Positions 25,591 through 37,400 of a DNA stretch of 64,000 bases are shown piece after piece. Origin of the DNA: Chara braunii. Taxonomy: Eukaryota; Plantae; Charophyceae. Position numbers and translations under genes: made by a program. The stretch lies in assembly GCA_003427395.1 (NCBI GenBank), contig BFEA01000013.1, positions 2,298,264-2,362,263 of the forward strand. The letters are read 5' to 3'. How positions within the stretch are numbered: the stretch's first letter is position 1; each line of letters opens with the position of its first letter. The notes beneath the pieces are model-generated. The model was not told the DNA's origin and made no database searches. It saw nothing but the letters and a program-made list of their open reading frames with translations.

Positions 25591-26575
25591 CAGCAGCGTA
25601 TTCTGCTGAGCTGAGTGTCCTTTTGTTGAGGAAGGACAGGTGCAGTTTGGTTGTTTGTAACCTACTTGTGTGTGTTCAGCTGATGGAAACTTTCTCCTGG
25701 TATAGCTACCTTGAGCCTGATTCTTTCATTTGATCCGATTGGTTAATCTGTGCATCCCTTGTGCTCGAGAAAGACTGTGCTAAGTTTCGAGCTTTTCAAT
25801 TTTTGCAAACATTGCTGATGGACAAACTGTTAATTGGACTGAATTCATCTTCTCTTGACGATGAATCAGCCCCAAGATTGCTTTCAGTCTGACAAGTATT
25901 CCAATGTGAGCTTACATTGAATCCTTGTCTGACTAATCCCCTGTGTATCCTTTGAGTGGCGTTCACTATCTGATCACGTTCATGTTCTCACACTGAACAA
26001 CACTCGTTGGATGGATGATTTGTGTTTGAGACAGAGTATGATTAGTACAAATCTCACCTCGAATTCTCCTACATGGTCCTAAGTTTTGCTCGTTGGGGTA
26101 GAGATCAGGTTTTCAGTGTTTCTCTATGGTTGCACACTTGTAGTGACAGTGTTCTCAATTTTCCCTATAGAGCTGCAAATTCCTTTTAACCACTGGACTT
26201 TGTCCTAGTAATGTCTCAGCCTGATTGGCCAGAGTTTGTGACTGAACCCTCTACTCATATTAGACGTACCCTACACATTACTCTGTTAGTTCAAGCGTTA
26301 TAGCTGAATATGGTCAGGCTTAGCCCCATATACAGATCTTGTTAGATCCTACCCTATTCTTGGGAAGAATTTGGGTATCATGCTTGCAAATACACAAAAC
26401 AGTAGTTGAGGAGATTTCCAAAATTAATAGATTATAGCAAAGTTTAATACTAGGCTAACACCCTTGCATTCAACTAGATGGGCTTGACATTTTCAATCGC
26501 GTTAACAAAATGCATGATTAGATTCATCCCGATGTAGGTCATGACCGATTGCGTATCACGTTCCGCCCAATCAGC

Positions 26576-26901
26576 ACTAATTCGGGGGTGCCTACCTCGT
26601 AGGACGATGTGCTGGATAAATCATGGCATCTTGACAACTACGTCCTGGCCTAAATCCATAAAAGTGAGGTTCAAAACGGGCTTCCCATTCGGGTTCTAGA
26701 ACCATTTTAGCTAATGCCCGTTTAGCTCGATCCGCAAGACTAATTTGGGGGTGCCTACCTCGTAGGACGATGTGGTGGATGAATCATGGCATCTTGACAA
26801 CTATGTTCTGGCCTAAATCCATAAGAGTGAGGTTCAAAACGGGTTTCCCATTCGGGTTGTAGAACCATTTTAGCTAATGCCTGTTTAGCTCGATCCGCAA
26901 G
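26576..26901. repeat. Two tandem 163-bp units
   Basis: 26576-26738 and 26739-26901 align with scattered substitutions. Confidence 0.9.
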
Positions 26902-29531
26902 AAAACCTCAATCATATTATTTTTAGGATGTTGCTAGCTATCTATAAGCCGATTACCAGGCTGATTCCCTTGCATTCAGCTAGCCAACACTCGCTGATAG
27001 TCTGAGCTACGGGTGGTAGATTTTCAGAAGCTGATTGGTTGCCTAGAAGTTGATTACCTGGCTAATACCCTCGCATTTCAGTAATCAATCTAATCTGGTA
27101 TTCTCACCATGACCCTTCGAGATTCTCTGGTCTTTGCGTTCTCCACCGCTACGGACATTTAGTGATCCTCTAACTAATACCTCTGTGTCGATATGGGCTG
27201 GTAGTTGGTTATGTAGCTCGTGGGTCCTCGCTCCCCGAGAGGGTAAAAATGCAATAAATCGCAGTTTCCTAGTGGGACTGTATACTAGTGTTCGACTTTG
27301 TAGTTTCTTGTCTTGTTTTGAGCCTTGCGGGACTTTATCCTGTGACCTGTAACCTGTGTGTTTTGTTTGTGTGTGTTGAGCCCTATGGGACTTTAGGCCA
27401 TTCGGCCTTTTCCTTTTGCATTGTCATAGGTCTAGGTCCCCTTTTCCCTTTTTTCCATCTAGATACAAACGAGTCTTAGGTTGTTGCCTTTGGAGTCTGT
27501 TGTAGGTTTAGGCACAGGGTAGAATTAGCGGACAAAAAATTTGGTTCGGGTCTTTTTCACGTTTTCGTTGGCTGGGCAAACTTTGCCTGTTCGTTGTTGG
27601 AGCGCTGCTGCTCTATCTTGGGTGAGGTCATCTTCTTCGTCGAAGCCCAGCCATAGTTGGGGATGAGAAACGAAGTTAAAGATCGCACTGCTGCTATTGC
27701 GCAGCTCTGCACGAGAGCTTCCACAGGACTGTGAAGTCCATCCATAGTTGGGGTTGGGAAACGAAGTTGAAGATTGCATTGGTGCTATTTCGCAGCTCTG
27801 CAGGAGAGCTTCCACAGGACTGTGTTGTTGGGTTTGGGCGCTGCCATTCTCCGCTACCATTCTCTATTTGGCATCCATCAGCTGTTCTTCCTCACAAGGA
27901 ACTTTGTCTTCTTCGAAGTGCTGGATCGGTTGTCTCCTTCTTCATCAGGACTTCCACAACTGTACTTCCGCGCGGGTGCTGAGCTGGCGCTGCTATCATT
28001 ATGAACTCGGTTGTCTGTCGATTACACACTGGTGATCTCACACATGCCCACACATGCATAAGAAGACGGGGACAAGAGACATAGTCACACATTGCACACA
28101 GACAGAATAAGCAACGGAGAGCAAATATGCACTGAGTATGGAGACAACACAGTGTTTCTCTCTGACGATGCTCCCAACAACCAATCATAAGAAGACACAC
28201 AAGAAACACAACAGAACATAACCAAGTTTCAGCCAACATCGACCTCGAACGTTACAGAGTTCTCTCCCAATGTTTACCCACCACTGAAACCTACACTTCA
28301 CCCCAACTCCTACACTTTGTTAGTAGCGCCACACTGAAACGGCGTCGTAGAGGCCAGCGCCAACCAGAATGATGGAGGAGGAGGCCAGCGTCAAGTTCCT
28401 AATTAAGATGAAGAGTCTTTGCAGCACCACTGTCTCTGACACATAGCAACCTCGGAAAGAGTAGCAGCAGCAGCGGTCCACCCACAAACAAGTATGTAGA
28501 GCCTTCCGATAGCCCACACGATCGCAAGCACCCTCAAGGGTGAGCACGCCCAACTATGGCGGGCCCCAAAGGTCTGGCTATGGCTGTCCTCTGACTAGGG
28601 ACTCAAGATGCCGCCTGCAGTCAATCGTCGCCTTGCTTCCTTTCCTTGGCTTGCTTACGCATCCTGGCAAAACGAAAGTTGCCAGTTCGAAAAGCCCCAA
28701 CTAGACTCACTCAGACCTATTAGTAGCTCTAGCCTAGACCTAGACTCAGACTGGACCGACCGATACCGTTTCAATTTCGGCCTATAAGGTGTCTCCCTAC
28801 CCGACTATAGGCTTTAGGACCTGTCTATCAACATAGGCCCGTAGGCCTGTATGTCTTGGTCGTAGCACGGTGTCTTAGCAAACACCCTTACAAGGGTATT
28901 TGTCGTCCTTTTTAAAGGTCGCACTGGGAGCGTCCTTGATCAACTTAAACGCGTCGATAGGGCAAATCCCGTCAGGGCAGGCACCTCGGCAACCTCGCTA
29001 CTAGCAAAAGTCCGAACCAAAATGCAAACGAATTAGAGAGTGTGTGGAGCATGCATTATTGCGTTGCACTGTGGGGGTGTCGTTTAGTTATCAGCGGTGC
29101 CAGGACGGCGAAAGATGTCAAAGGCCATAGGGTCCGGTTACCTTCACTATAGTTTTCAATTTGGTTATATTTTTCTTTTATTTTATAAAGACTAACCTCA
29201 CTCCACGAACCTGCTCAGCCTCTAGCGGGACACGTTACAACAGGATAAGAACTGTACCTTGCGCATATGTGGGAGGTTTATGATTGGACGACTCGTCGAA
29301 AGGAGCGGCATTGGCAGATCTAGTCTAGGGGAAAATCTGGAAGTTTGACAAAGTATGTCGTGCGCCCGACGAGATGGATACCAGGTGACCACAAACCTAG
29401 GTGCGGGCGGCATCTTTTGACGGCCAGAAGATTGGTCGGTAGGCCAAGGCGGGGGCCTGGTTTGTGCAGGTAGGACCAATCACGGTCCCGTGACTATTCA
29501 TACACAGGTGCATGCCTACCTAGCTCAGCCC

Positions 29532-29600
29532 TTTGGCCTGGTTCTAATGGTTATGGTACTGGACTTTCAAGCGACAGGTTTGGGGTTCGAGGTCAGCAAG
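29532..29600 (+). promoter_or_regulatory. tRNA(Gln/Glu)-derived segment with Pol III A- and B-box-like motifs (copy at 48854-48922)
   Basis: TGGTTCTAATGGTTA.GGTACTGGACTTTCAA ... GGTTCGAGGTC. The anticodon and T stems do not pair, so this is not a tRNA gene. Confidence 0.55.
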
Positions 29601-29819
29601 CATTGATGGAGCAAAGGAGCGCGATCGGCAGAGACTTAGGGGTCGAGGGTCTTAAGGGACTATCCCCCTTGTTTTTTGCCAGACTGGCCCAAAACTTGGG
29701 TTCAATTGGCAAGACCAAGAGGGCGTCCGCAGGTTCGCGTCCTCTTCAATTCCACTTTTTATTTTGTTGATTTATTAATTATTTCTTATTCATCTCCATT
29801 TTCCCATCTGTTGACCAGG

Positions 29820-30596
29820 CCGGAAACTGACTCTGGGACCGACGACAAAGAACTATCGTGAGGCCACCCACTTTCGGAATAGAGTTAAAGAGTGCTAGGA
29901 AATTTATCAAGCGAGAAGTGGACGTAGGAGAGTCGTGTATCCACATTTTGGCGAAGGTAGACGACAACTGCGTCACCGCCATCTTGATTGGACGTGGGGT
30001 GCCTGCCAGCATGGGCTATTATGACCCACATTGTAGTAGGGGGTGATTGAAACCCCCCCGGCGGGTGGCCATGGCGCGACAATCGAGGACCTTGAGCACG
30101 AGCCTTCTTGAGAGGGCCCATTCAGGTTCCCTCGTGTGAGGGATGTTGACGAAATTCCTCTAACCTACCCCTCATGAAACACAAACTAACGGGGTTAACT
30201 TGCATGTATGCTGGTGGGTGTAGGGCCTATGAGGCTGAAGAGACCTGGCAAAGACCACCTCCAGATGCACCGTTCACCAGCCACGATGTACTGTCGAAAG
30301 ATTTGAGTGTGAGCCTGCCAATTGGCACCCGCAAGGTGGTGAACTATGTTGGGTAAGGCACGACCAGAGGAAGCTCTGGTAGAAGCGCGAAGTGTTACTG
30401 ATGTGCAAATCGCAGACAGGCTTGACTACAAGGGCGGACAACTAATGGAACCGCCTAGTAGCTGCTCCCCTCAGGAGTTTTCCCTTGGCAATACGAACGT
30501 GCAAAACGTTCGTCGGGCCTGGGTATAGGGTCGAGAGGTCAATTGAACCAGGCTAGTAGCTGGTTCCCTTCGAAGTTCGCTCAGGCCAGCCAGAGT
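29820..30596 (+). pseudogene. Diverged nuclear LSU (25S/28S) rRNA-derived segment within the 5' LTR
   Basis: Collinear LSU landmarks: AGAGTTAAAGAGTGCT..AAATT, TGAAACAC, ACCCGCAAGGTGGTGAACTATG, CCAGAGGAAGCTCTGG, ACTGATGTGCAAATCG, TGGGTATAGGG, CTAGTAGCTGGTTCCC. Confidence 0.85.
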
Positions 30597-31058
30597 TGTT
30601 GAAATTATGCACCGTACTAAGCAGCGCTAAGTGCTGCGCTATGAAGCGACAAAGAGAAGGAGATTTGTGGAGATACGGGGAAGAAGACAAGTAAGGGAGA
30701 AAGAAGAGGAGGGAGACGAACGAGAAGGACGGGGTTGCTACGAACCCGGTTGGAATCCGAGCCAGGTACGCGAAGGAAGAGACAAGGAAGTGGCGGAGGA
30801 GGAGAAGACAATGGTTATGGAGGATGGAGAAAACCTATAGCCTACTCGATCCTTAATGAAATCAGCAGCAGGGAGGATGTAAGGGAGCCGGTGGGGGAAT
30901 TGGGATTGAGAAAGGAATGGGAGGAAGTTGGAGGTGACGAGGAGAGGTGTACCTCCATTTCGACTTTGTGTGTCCTCGTACAGGTTGTTGTCGCCCTTTC
31001 CTTAATTTTGATCTGAAGATTTACTGAGGTTGCTGTTCCTTCCCTTTCTACTTTTCGA

Positions 31059-31571
31059 CTATGTATCACCCGCGGTCGTGACCGCAGGCGCTCGGCATCC
31101 CGACCGCAGCGGGCGGCGCCCGCGGCCAAGTGCAGTCGGAAAACCCCGACATTTTTAAATCCTGGGATAATAGGCCAAAAAATAAAAAAAAAATATGGGG
31201 TTTTAGGTTTTTGTGCGCTCTACAACTGCATACTTTTAGTTCTATTTTTTGACTTTCTTTTATTTAAAAAAAAAATGAAAAACAGAAATCCCTCAGGCAA
31301 ACGTTTTTCACTTTATTCTTTTAGTAAGAAAAATAAAGTAATTTGTTTGATTTTTATCTCAAATTTGGTAACGAATTTTCATATGACCCAAGGCAAAAGT
31401 TGTTCAGTTTATTTTTAGGCATAACATTTTTTTTTTTCTGATTTTTTTNAATTTTNTTTTTTCCTTTTTTTTTTTTCATGACCGCGGACTGCGGTCATGA
31501 CCGCGGCCTCGCGGCCGAGACCGCAGTCCACGGTCGTGCCCGCGCCGATCGCGACCGCGGGGGATTCATAG
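31059..31571. mobile_element. hAT-like MITE (513 bp)
   Basis: 20-bp TIRs matching at 18/20 (CTATGTATCACCCGCGGTCG / CGACCGCGGGGGATTCATAG); 8-bp TSD CTTTTCGA (31051-31058 / 31572-31579); CCGCGG subterminal repeats; absent from the sister LTR at ~50480. Confidence 0.93.
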
Positions 31572-34147
31572 CTTTTCGAATCTAACCACTATCGTGACAA
31601 GGGGTGGATAGGATCGGGGTAGTGTAGGCGGAAGGGGGGGGGATACATGAGGAAGACATTGCATATCGAAAGGGAGAAAGAAAGAGGACGAAAAACGTAG
31701 ATATTGGTCACTTCCTGACCGATTCGGACAATCTAAGACCCGACATAGAGGTTTTAAGCCATTCCGAATCGAATGGCCACGCCAAAATTTTGATTCGGAT
31801 TATGGTCTAGTAGATACGGTCACTAAAAACTGTGTGGAGTAGGAACTATCTTGACGACAGGTGTTGGCGGGTGTGCATAATCGCGGAAGCACGGAAGTAA
31901 GATGGCGAAGAAAAAGGGACGTTGGAAGAAGAGAAGAAAGGAGTGAGGGAGAGAACGATTGGAGGAAAGCAAATATAAAACAAAGAGAAGGCGGGGAGGG
32001 GGTGGAAGACACATACCTGGTGGTCGGTTTCACCAACATTAGTCGAAGTCGAGGTTTTCAGTTGAACACTGCTCGTCGGTAAGATTTGTCAGCTTCGTTA
32101 CCATCGAGACCCCACCATTCGTCATTACATTCGATTCCATCGAGCCGAGGCGTTGTGCTACACTACGAGGAGGAAAAGCATGGCAAAGAAATAATGAGGA
32201 CGAAGGACAAAGAAGGAAAGGAATGAATGTGAAAGAGAGAGAAGGGGATTGAGGTGTTGGTCGTCCGTTCGATGAAGCATGTTTTCCTAATAACACTCAT
32301 GGCGCTCGCCTCCGTGGTTTTCAGCACAGCGGTTCCCTTCCATGGATAATTCATCGTTTTTAGTGTATGTATCTTCCCATGTTTAGAGGGAGATTCATTC
32401 TCGTTTTTGTGCTTGGTGGTGTTGGATCGGGTCTACGTATTGTTGTTCATCAACTCGACTATCTTGCTGCCCATCGTGTTTGTTTGGCAAGATTGTCGTG
32501 CTTCCCTTTTGCGCACGCGGTCGCGGTTATCCATGTTGCTCGCCAATACTGTGCGTCGCCAGGCTCATCATTTTCTTACTCTTGTTTGTGTAGACATTTT
32601 GCATAGTGGTGGTCACCTGAGCGGTGGCCGGTTCCGCAGAAGCTCCCCTCTAGAGTGGTAGATTGTGTAGTATTTGACTACATGGTAGCGCTCAGCCCAA
32701 CAACATAGTTTTGAATCGTACATGTGTTTGGCCATGATCCTGGACAAGTACGAAGGAAGTTAAGTACGGGCAAAGGCGGAAGGAAAAGGAGATAAGGCGA
32801 CGAGGGGGGGAGGCGATACCGACAAGTTTGAATTGGAGGGAGTAGAGGAAGGAAAGTGCCAGGTAAAGTGAGCCAGCGCCTGCTTCACGTTAGTGGTGCT
32901 GGCACTTCGTCAGATGCACAGTTCGAGAGGTAAGCAACTTATCTGGAGACGGGAGTTCCAGGTACATCGGCTTGGAGAATACAAGGATTAACTGATTGAG
33001 AAAACGCCTGGCCATTTATTGGTTAAAGATACATACTGCCTGAATGATTTTCAATTAACGGACAGGGTCACAGCCTGTGGCGCACTGTCGAAAGACTGCA
33101 TTTACGATTAGCATGAGGAGTTTGACAACTCCGAGTTGAAGGAACCAGTGTTGTTTGCTGGTAGTCGAAACTATCTGTGTACGACGCTACTGTGTTTTTG
33201 GAGCGTTATTATGTTTTGTGGCATCTTTGTTAGCTCGCTACCATATACGTTGTCTTACTATGTGTCTGATGCTACCGCCATGTTTTAGTTGTAACGATTG
33301 CTAGACCACGAATTGTTGTTGAGTCACTATGTCGTTGTTACAACACACCGAAAGCTGCTTCAGCGACGCAATCGGGTGTTGCTGTCGAGCACCTTGATAG
33401 GTTACTATTGCAACAGCCTGGAAGCCATATTGCCACCTAGGACACTGTAGACTGCAACCCTTTCAAGCAAAGCTCCTGTCGATCAAAGGTCGTTGCTGCT
33501 GATCTCAAGTTCGTGGGAACCTGTTGATGAGTGAAGGCTACTGACCACTAGAAGTTGTCGCACCTTATTCCGGAGTTGCTGCACCTTATTCCGGAGGGGC
33601 TGATGCTGCTGATCTCGAGTTCGTGGGAACCTGTTTTTTTGGAATTGAGATTCTGTTGCGAAATAGGCCGCCTACTTAAACCGACTCTCGCAGTTGGCTG
33701 CCATGGGCTCTCATGATCTGAAGGCACCAAGGCCCTCCCGTGTGAGTTGAGCTGGCCCCTTCTCGTATCTCGAGCGTCTGACTTCTCTTCTTCGTTCCTT
33801 CTTCATCCAAGTCTAGTTCGTGTTCGGAGCGGAAGGCGGCAGGCGGGATTGCAATCCGTAGGACTGCATCAAGGCTTTGTGGGGGTTGACCCATCGATTG
33901 CGAGAGCTCTGTCGGAGCCCAGGCGGGACTGTGGAGGTAGGGAACTCAGAGGTAGTCCGTCACTATACCATTAGCATCCCAATAAACCCCTATCTATACA
34001 AACGTTGTGTTTGTTCTGTTTGAATTTGATTTGTGTGTATGTTTGTTTTCTTGTTTTTTCAAGACTTTAACTAAATCGAAAAGGGAATTTATTATGTGTG
34101 TGAATTCATCTGTTTGTGGTAAAAATCATGATCTTTGCATGCGACGA

Positions 34148-35050
34148 TTTGAAATGGGGTTGGAGATGAGGTTCTGCTGACTAATCCGGTCGCTTTGTTG
34201 TTTGCCTCAGACATTGAAATAGGGCTGGAGATAAGGTCCTCGTGACTGATCCGGTCGCTTTGCTGCTTGCATAAGACATTGAAATGGGGTTGGAGATAGG
34301 TCCTCCTGACTGTTCCGGTCGCTTTGCTGCTTGCCTAAGACATTGAAATGGGGCTGGAGATTAGGCCCTCCTAACTGATCCGGTCGCTTTGCTGCTTGCC
34401 TAAAACATTGAAACGGGGCTGCAGATGAGGTCCTCCTGACTGATCCGGTCGCCTTGCTATTTGTGTAAGACATCGAAATGGGGCCGGAGATGAGGTCCTC
34501 TTGGCCAATCCAGTCGCTTTGCTGAGTGAGTCAGGTTTGCTTGTTGACTTTGCTAAGGTCTGACTTTTCTCCTTGTGAGAATAGTCCAGCCTATAAGTGT
34601 GTTCGTGGTTGCATGGGGTTGAGCGAGAACAACTTGGAAAGTTAATCAACTAAGTAAAATACAAGACTAATGTTTTTGTGATCAGGACAAGCGAGAGATG
34701 AGGTTCTGCTGACTGATCCGGTCACTTTGCTGTTTGCCTAAGACATTGAAATGGGGCTGGAGACGAGGTCCTCGTGACTGATCCGGTCGCTTTGCTGCTT
34801 GCATAAGACATTGAAATGGGGTTGGAGATGAGGTCCTCTTGACTGTTCCGGTCGCTTTGCTGCTTGCCTAAGACATTGAAATGGGGTTGGAGATCCTAAC
34901 TGATCTGATCGCTTTGTTGATGCCTAAGACATTGAAACGGGGCTCCAGATGAGGTCCTCCTGATCCGGTCGCCTTGCTATTTGCGTAAGACATCGAAATG
35001 GGGATGGAGATGAGGTCCTCATGGCCGATCCGGTCGCTTTGCTAAGCGAG
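34148..35050. repeat. 65-bp tandem arrays in the 5' LTR (two blocks)
   Basis: Unit GACATTGAAATGGGGCTGGAGATGAGGTCCTCCTGACTGATCCGGTCGCTTTGCTGCTTGCCTAA; about 6 copies at 34148-34525 and again at 34695-35045. Confidence 0.92.
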
Positions 35051-36916
35051 TCAGATTTGCTTGTTGACTTTGCTAAGGTCTGACTTTTCTCCTTCTGAGA
35101 ATAGTCCAGCCTAAGTGTGTTCGTGGTTGCATGGGGTTGGCCGAGAACAACTTGGGAAGTTAATCAACTAAGTAAGATACAGGACTAGTGTTTTTGTGAT
35201 CAGGACAAGCGAAAGATGAAAACTTTGGATGAACGAACCTTTGTTTTGAATTGGCTGAATGCGTTGTGGACATGACATGCTTGTTGGCAATGCTTCGTCT
35301 TTTTGCTCCAGCTCTGTCTGTTTTCTGCATTATAGGGTAGTCTGTTAGTGCTCGCCGTGTGCTTGTGCGATAGGCAGGTAGATGCTCACTTTGTTTTTTT
35401 AGCATTTGTCTTTTCATGCATGATTGTTTTGGTTGGGCATTGGCTAGCCTCTGAGTTCGTAGAAGTTTTGAGAGCGTTTTTTCCTTGATGTAGATGTTGC
35501 CATAATTTTTGATAAATACTAAGTTAGTCAAGTTTAAGACATGTCGGCTAGGATAGGATATTGTTTAGTCTTTGGGGACAATAGGAATTATGAAAGTCTT
35601 CCTCTCTAAATGAAGTGCTGTCGAAATTTGTACCGGAACCAAATAGTTTGTTTGTTTTCAGGTATTTTCGGAGTCGCGAGTTTTTCTTTTTAGATTTGGT
35701 ATAGTAAATATTCTTCGAGCACACTTCCCTGAAAGAAGTGCTGTCGAAATTTTCGGGATTTTCACATCGTTATCGGATGCTAGTGCTAAGTAGCTTAGAG
35801 TGTGATACGGAGTTGAACTCCGTTAACTCGACAGGCGGTGCCTGGCTTGATTTTGTGACGCAGGTCATTGCTACCTGCAAGTGTTCTTTATCGGAGTGAG
35901 ACTTAGTTGGGTATGGCGAATTGCTCGCCAACTCGTGACTACTCTTATTTTCTTTCCTCTGGGGAGGGACGAGCGGATCCCGTCTCAAAGGGGCTTTGTT
36001 CTTTAGATTCTTAGTCGGACGTTGGTCCTGAGCCTGGAATTCGAGGTCCTTGTCCAGGACATCCTAAGCTCTTGTCCAACACAAAAGGGTTTTCCCTTTG
36101 AGCCGGATCTACGCGTCTTGCTTATCGTCACCCACTGCCTAAAAGACAGGGGCGCCGCAAGGGCCGCACAAGTTATCTTTCAGCCGTGCAATATCGTGAA
36201 GGAGGAACCCTTCACGATATTTCGCTTCCGACACTTGAGTGTCGTACGCAATCCCGAAACCCCTGAGAGGCTGCGCGGATGTGGGTAATGCATGAAGCGC
36301 CGCCATGACAACAGATCAAGTGAGTACACATGAATGAGCGTTATGTTTCCCTTAGCACCTACATTCTTTTTATGCAACTCTGCGCAGGCCTCGCTCAGAC
36401 ACGTTGGTCTTTTGAGTTATGGGTCAGAAAGAATGAAAAAGGGACTAGGCTTATTTGTTTGTCTGAGTTAGTTTGTTTTGTTGCGTGTCGCGTGGTCAGG
36501 TTAGGATGTCCTAGTGGACCGACGCTAAATCGCACCTGGGAGATTAGCACCCCAGCGTGATGTTTCGCGTACGGGTCCGAGCTAGGCGTGGACCACGCGT
36601 ACCCCCTATGCTACAACATAGGAGAAACGCCCTCGGCTGGGCCACCTCCGCGATTGCATGCAAAAGCTTCTGCGTGTGGTTTAGTAGCTCGACGGGGATA
36701 CGCCCACCCAAGGGATGGTGACAGCTCCCACGGGTGGAGGTAAGTTGTACCTCAGGAGACCCTGTGCTGTCGTAGGGACTCGATGGAGGTATAGTTGGCG
36801 CACTCGGACGGAGCGGCTACGCCGCTTCCCTTTTTCGTGCATCGACTTACGAATTCTGCCAATCCTGTGTGACACGGCCAGGAAGGTCCCCCTAGCGGGG
36901 CCGTGCGCTCAACATG

Positions 36917-36936
36917 TGGCGCCATTGTCGGGGATC
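36917..36936 (+). promoter_or_regulatory. Primer binding site, tRNA-Asp(GTC)
   Basis: TGGCGCCATTGTCGGGGATC versus TGGCGCCGTTGCCGGGGATC, the complement of the plant tRNA-Asp 3' end (Athila-type PBS); two transitions. Confidence 0.88.
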
Positions 36937-37400
36937 TCGGCTGCCTACCGAGGTCCATAGTGAACGAACTTGGGTTTAGTGCAGAACGGCGATCCGGACA
37001 AAACGATACTTTTTATGATTAAATAATGATGTAGTGGGTTTTTGACTTTGATATTGTTCGTTATGACCTAAGGGAATATCCATATGAATCTTGTCAGGCC
37101 AAAGGAAGGGCCTGGTCGTTATATTTAGAGATATGTCAGGCCAAAGGAAGGGCCTGGTCGTTTTATTTAGAGACGCTAAGTATCAGGACTTGGCGTGACG
37201 TGGAAGAAATTGTGAAGTGATTGTATGGTGGTGTGAGAGTCTGTGATAGAGTACTGAATGTTTAAACCAAGTAGCTGGGCACAACCTCCTAAGGTTTTTT
37301 TAGGTTAGACTGGCTATAAGGGAAGGTTGAAGTTGTTAAAGTGATGAGGTTGACCTTGTATAAGTGTAGATTGACAAGGAACTGATTTTCGGAGATCAAA

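Larger units (their letters stand above)
28871..36914 (+). repeat. 5' LTR of element 3 (8044 bp including a MITE and a duplicated tandem block)
   Basis: Collinear with 48193-55899; followed by the PBS. Confidence 0.92.

Noticed and set aside
24568-25614. 348-aa ORF as a real gene
   Set aside because: It is an off-frame and antisense read-through of two gag remnants; the recognisable motifs lie in other frames.
29085-29160. Resemblance to the bacterial/organellar 23S segment GACGGAAAGACCCCGTGAACCTTTACTATAG
   Set aside because: Needs a ~20-nt insertion and is weaker in the sister LTR (48425-48478); could be chance. A covariance-model search would settle it.
29820-30596. A functional rDNA unit
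   Set aside because: Partial, diverged and internally duplicated, with no 18S, 5.8S or ITS context.
33715-34010. Protein-like frame in the giant LTR (PFSYLERLTSLL..DCIKALWGLTHRLREL)
   Set aside because: Stops are shared by both LTRs and I recognise no family; not supportable without a consensus.
34148-35050. 65-bp array as a CRISPR array or hammerhead ribozyme array
   Set aside because: No unique spacers, no cas genes, eukaryotic context, and no CUGANGA core on either strand.
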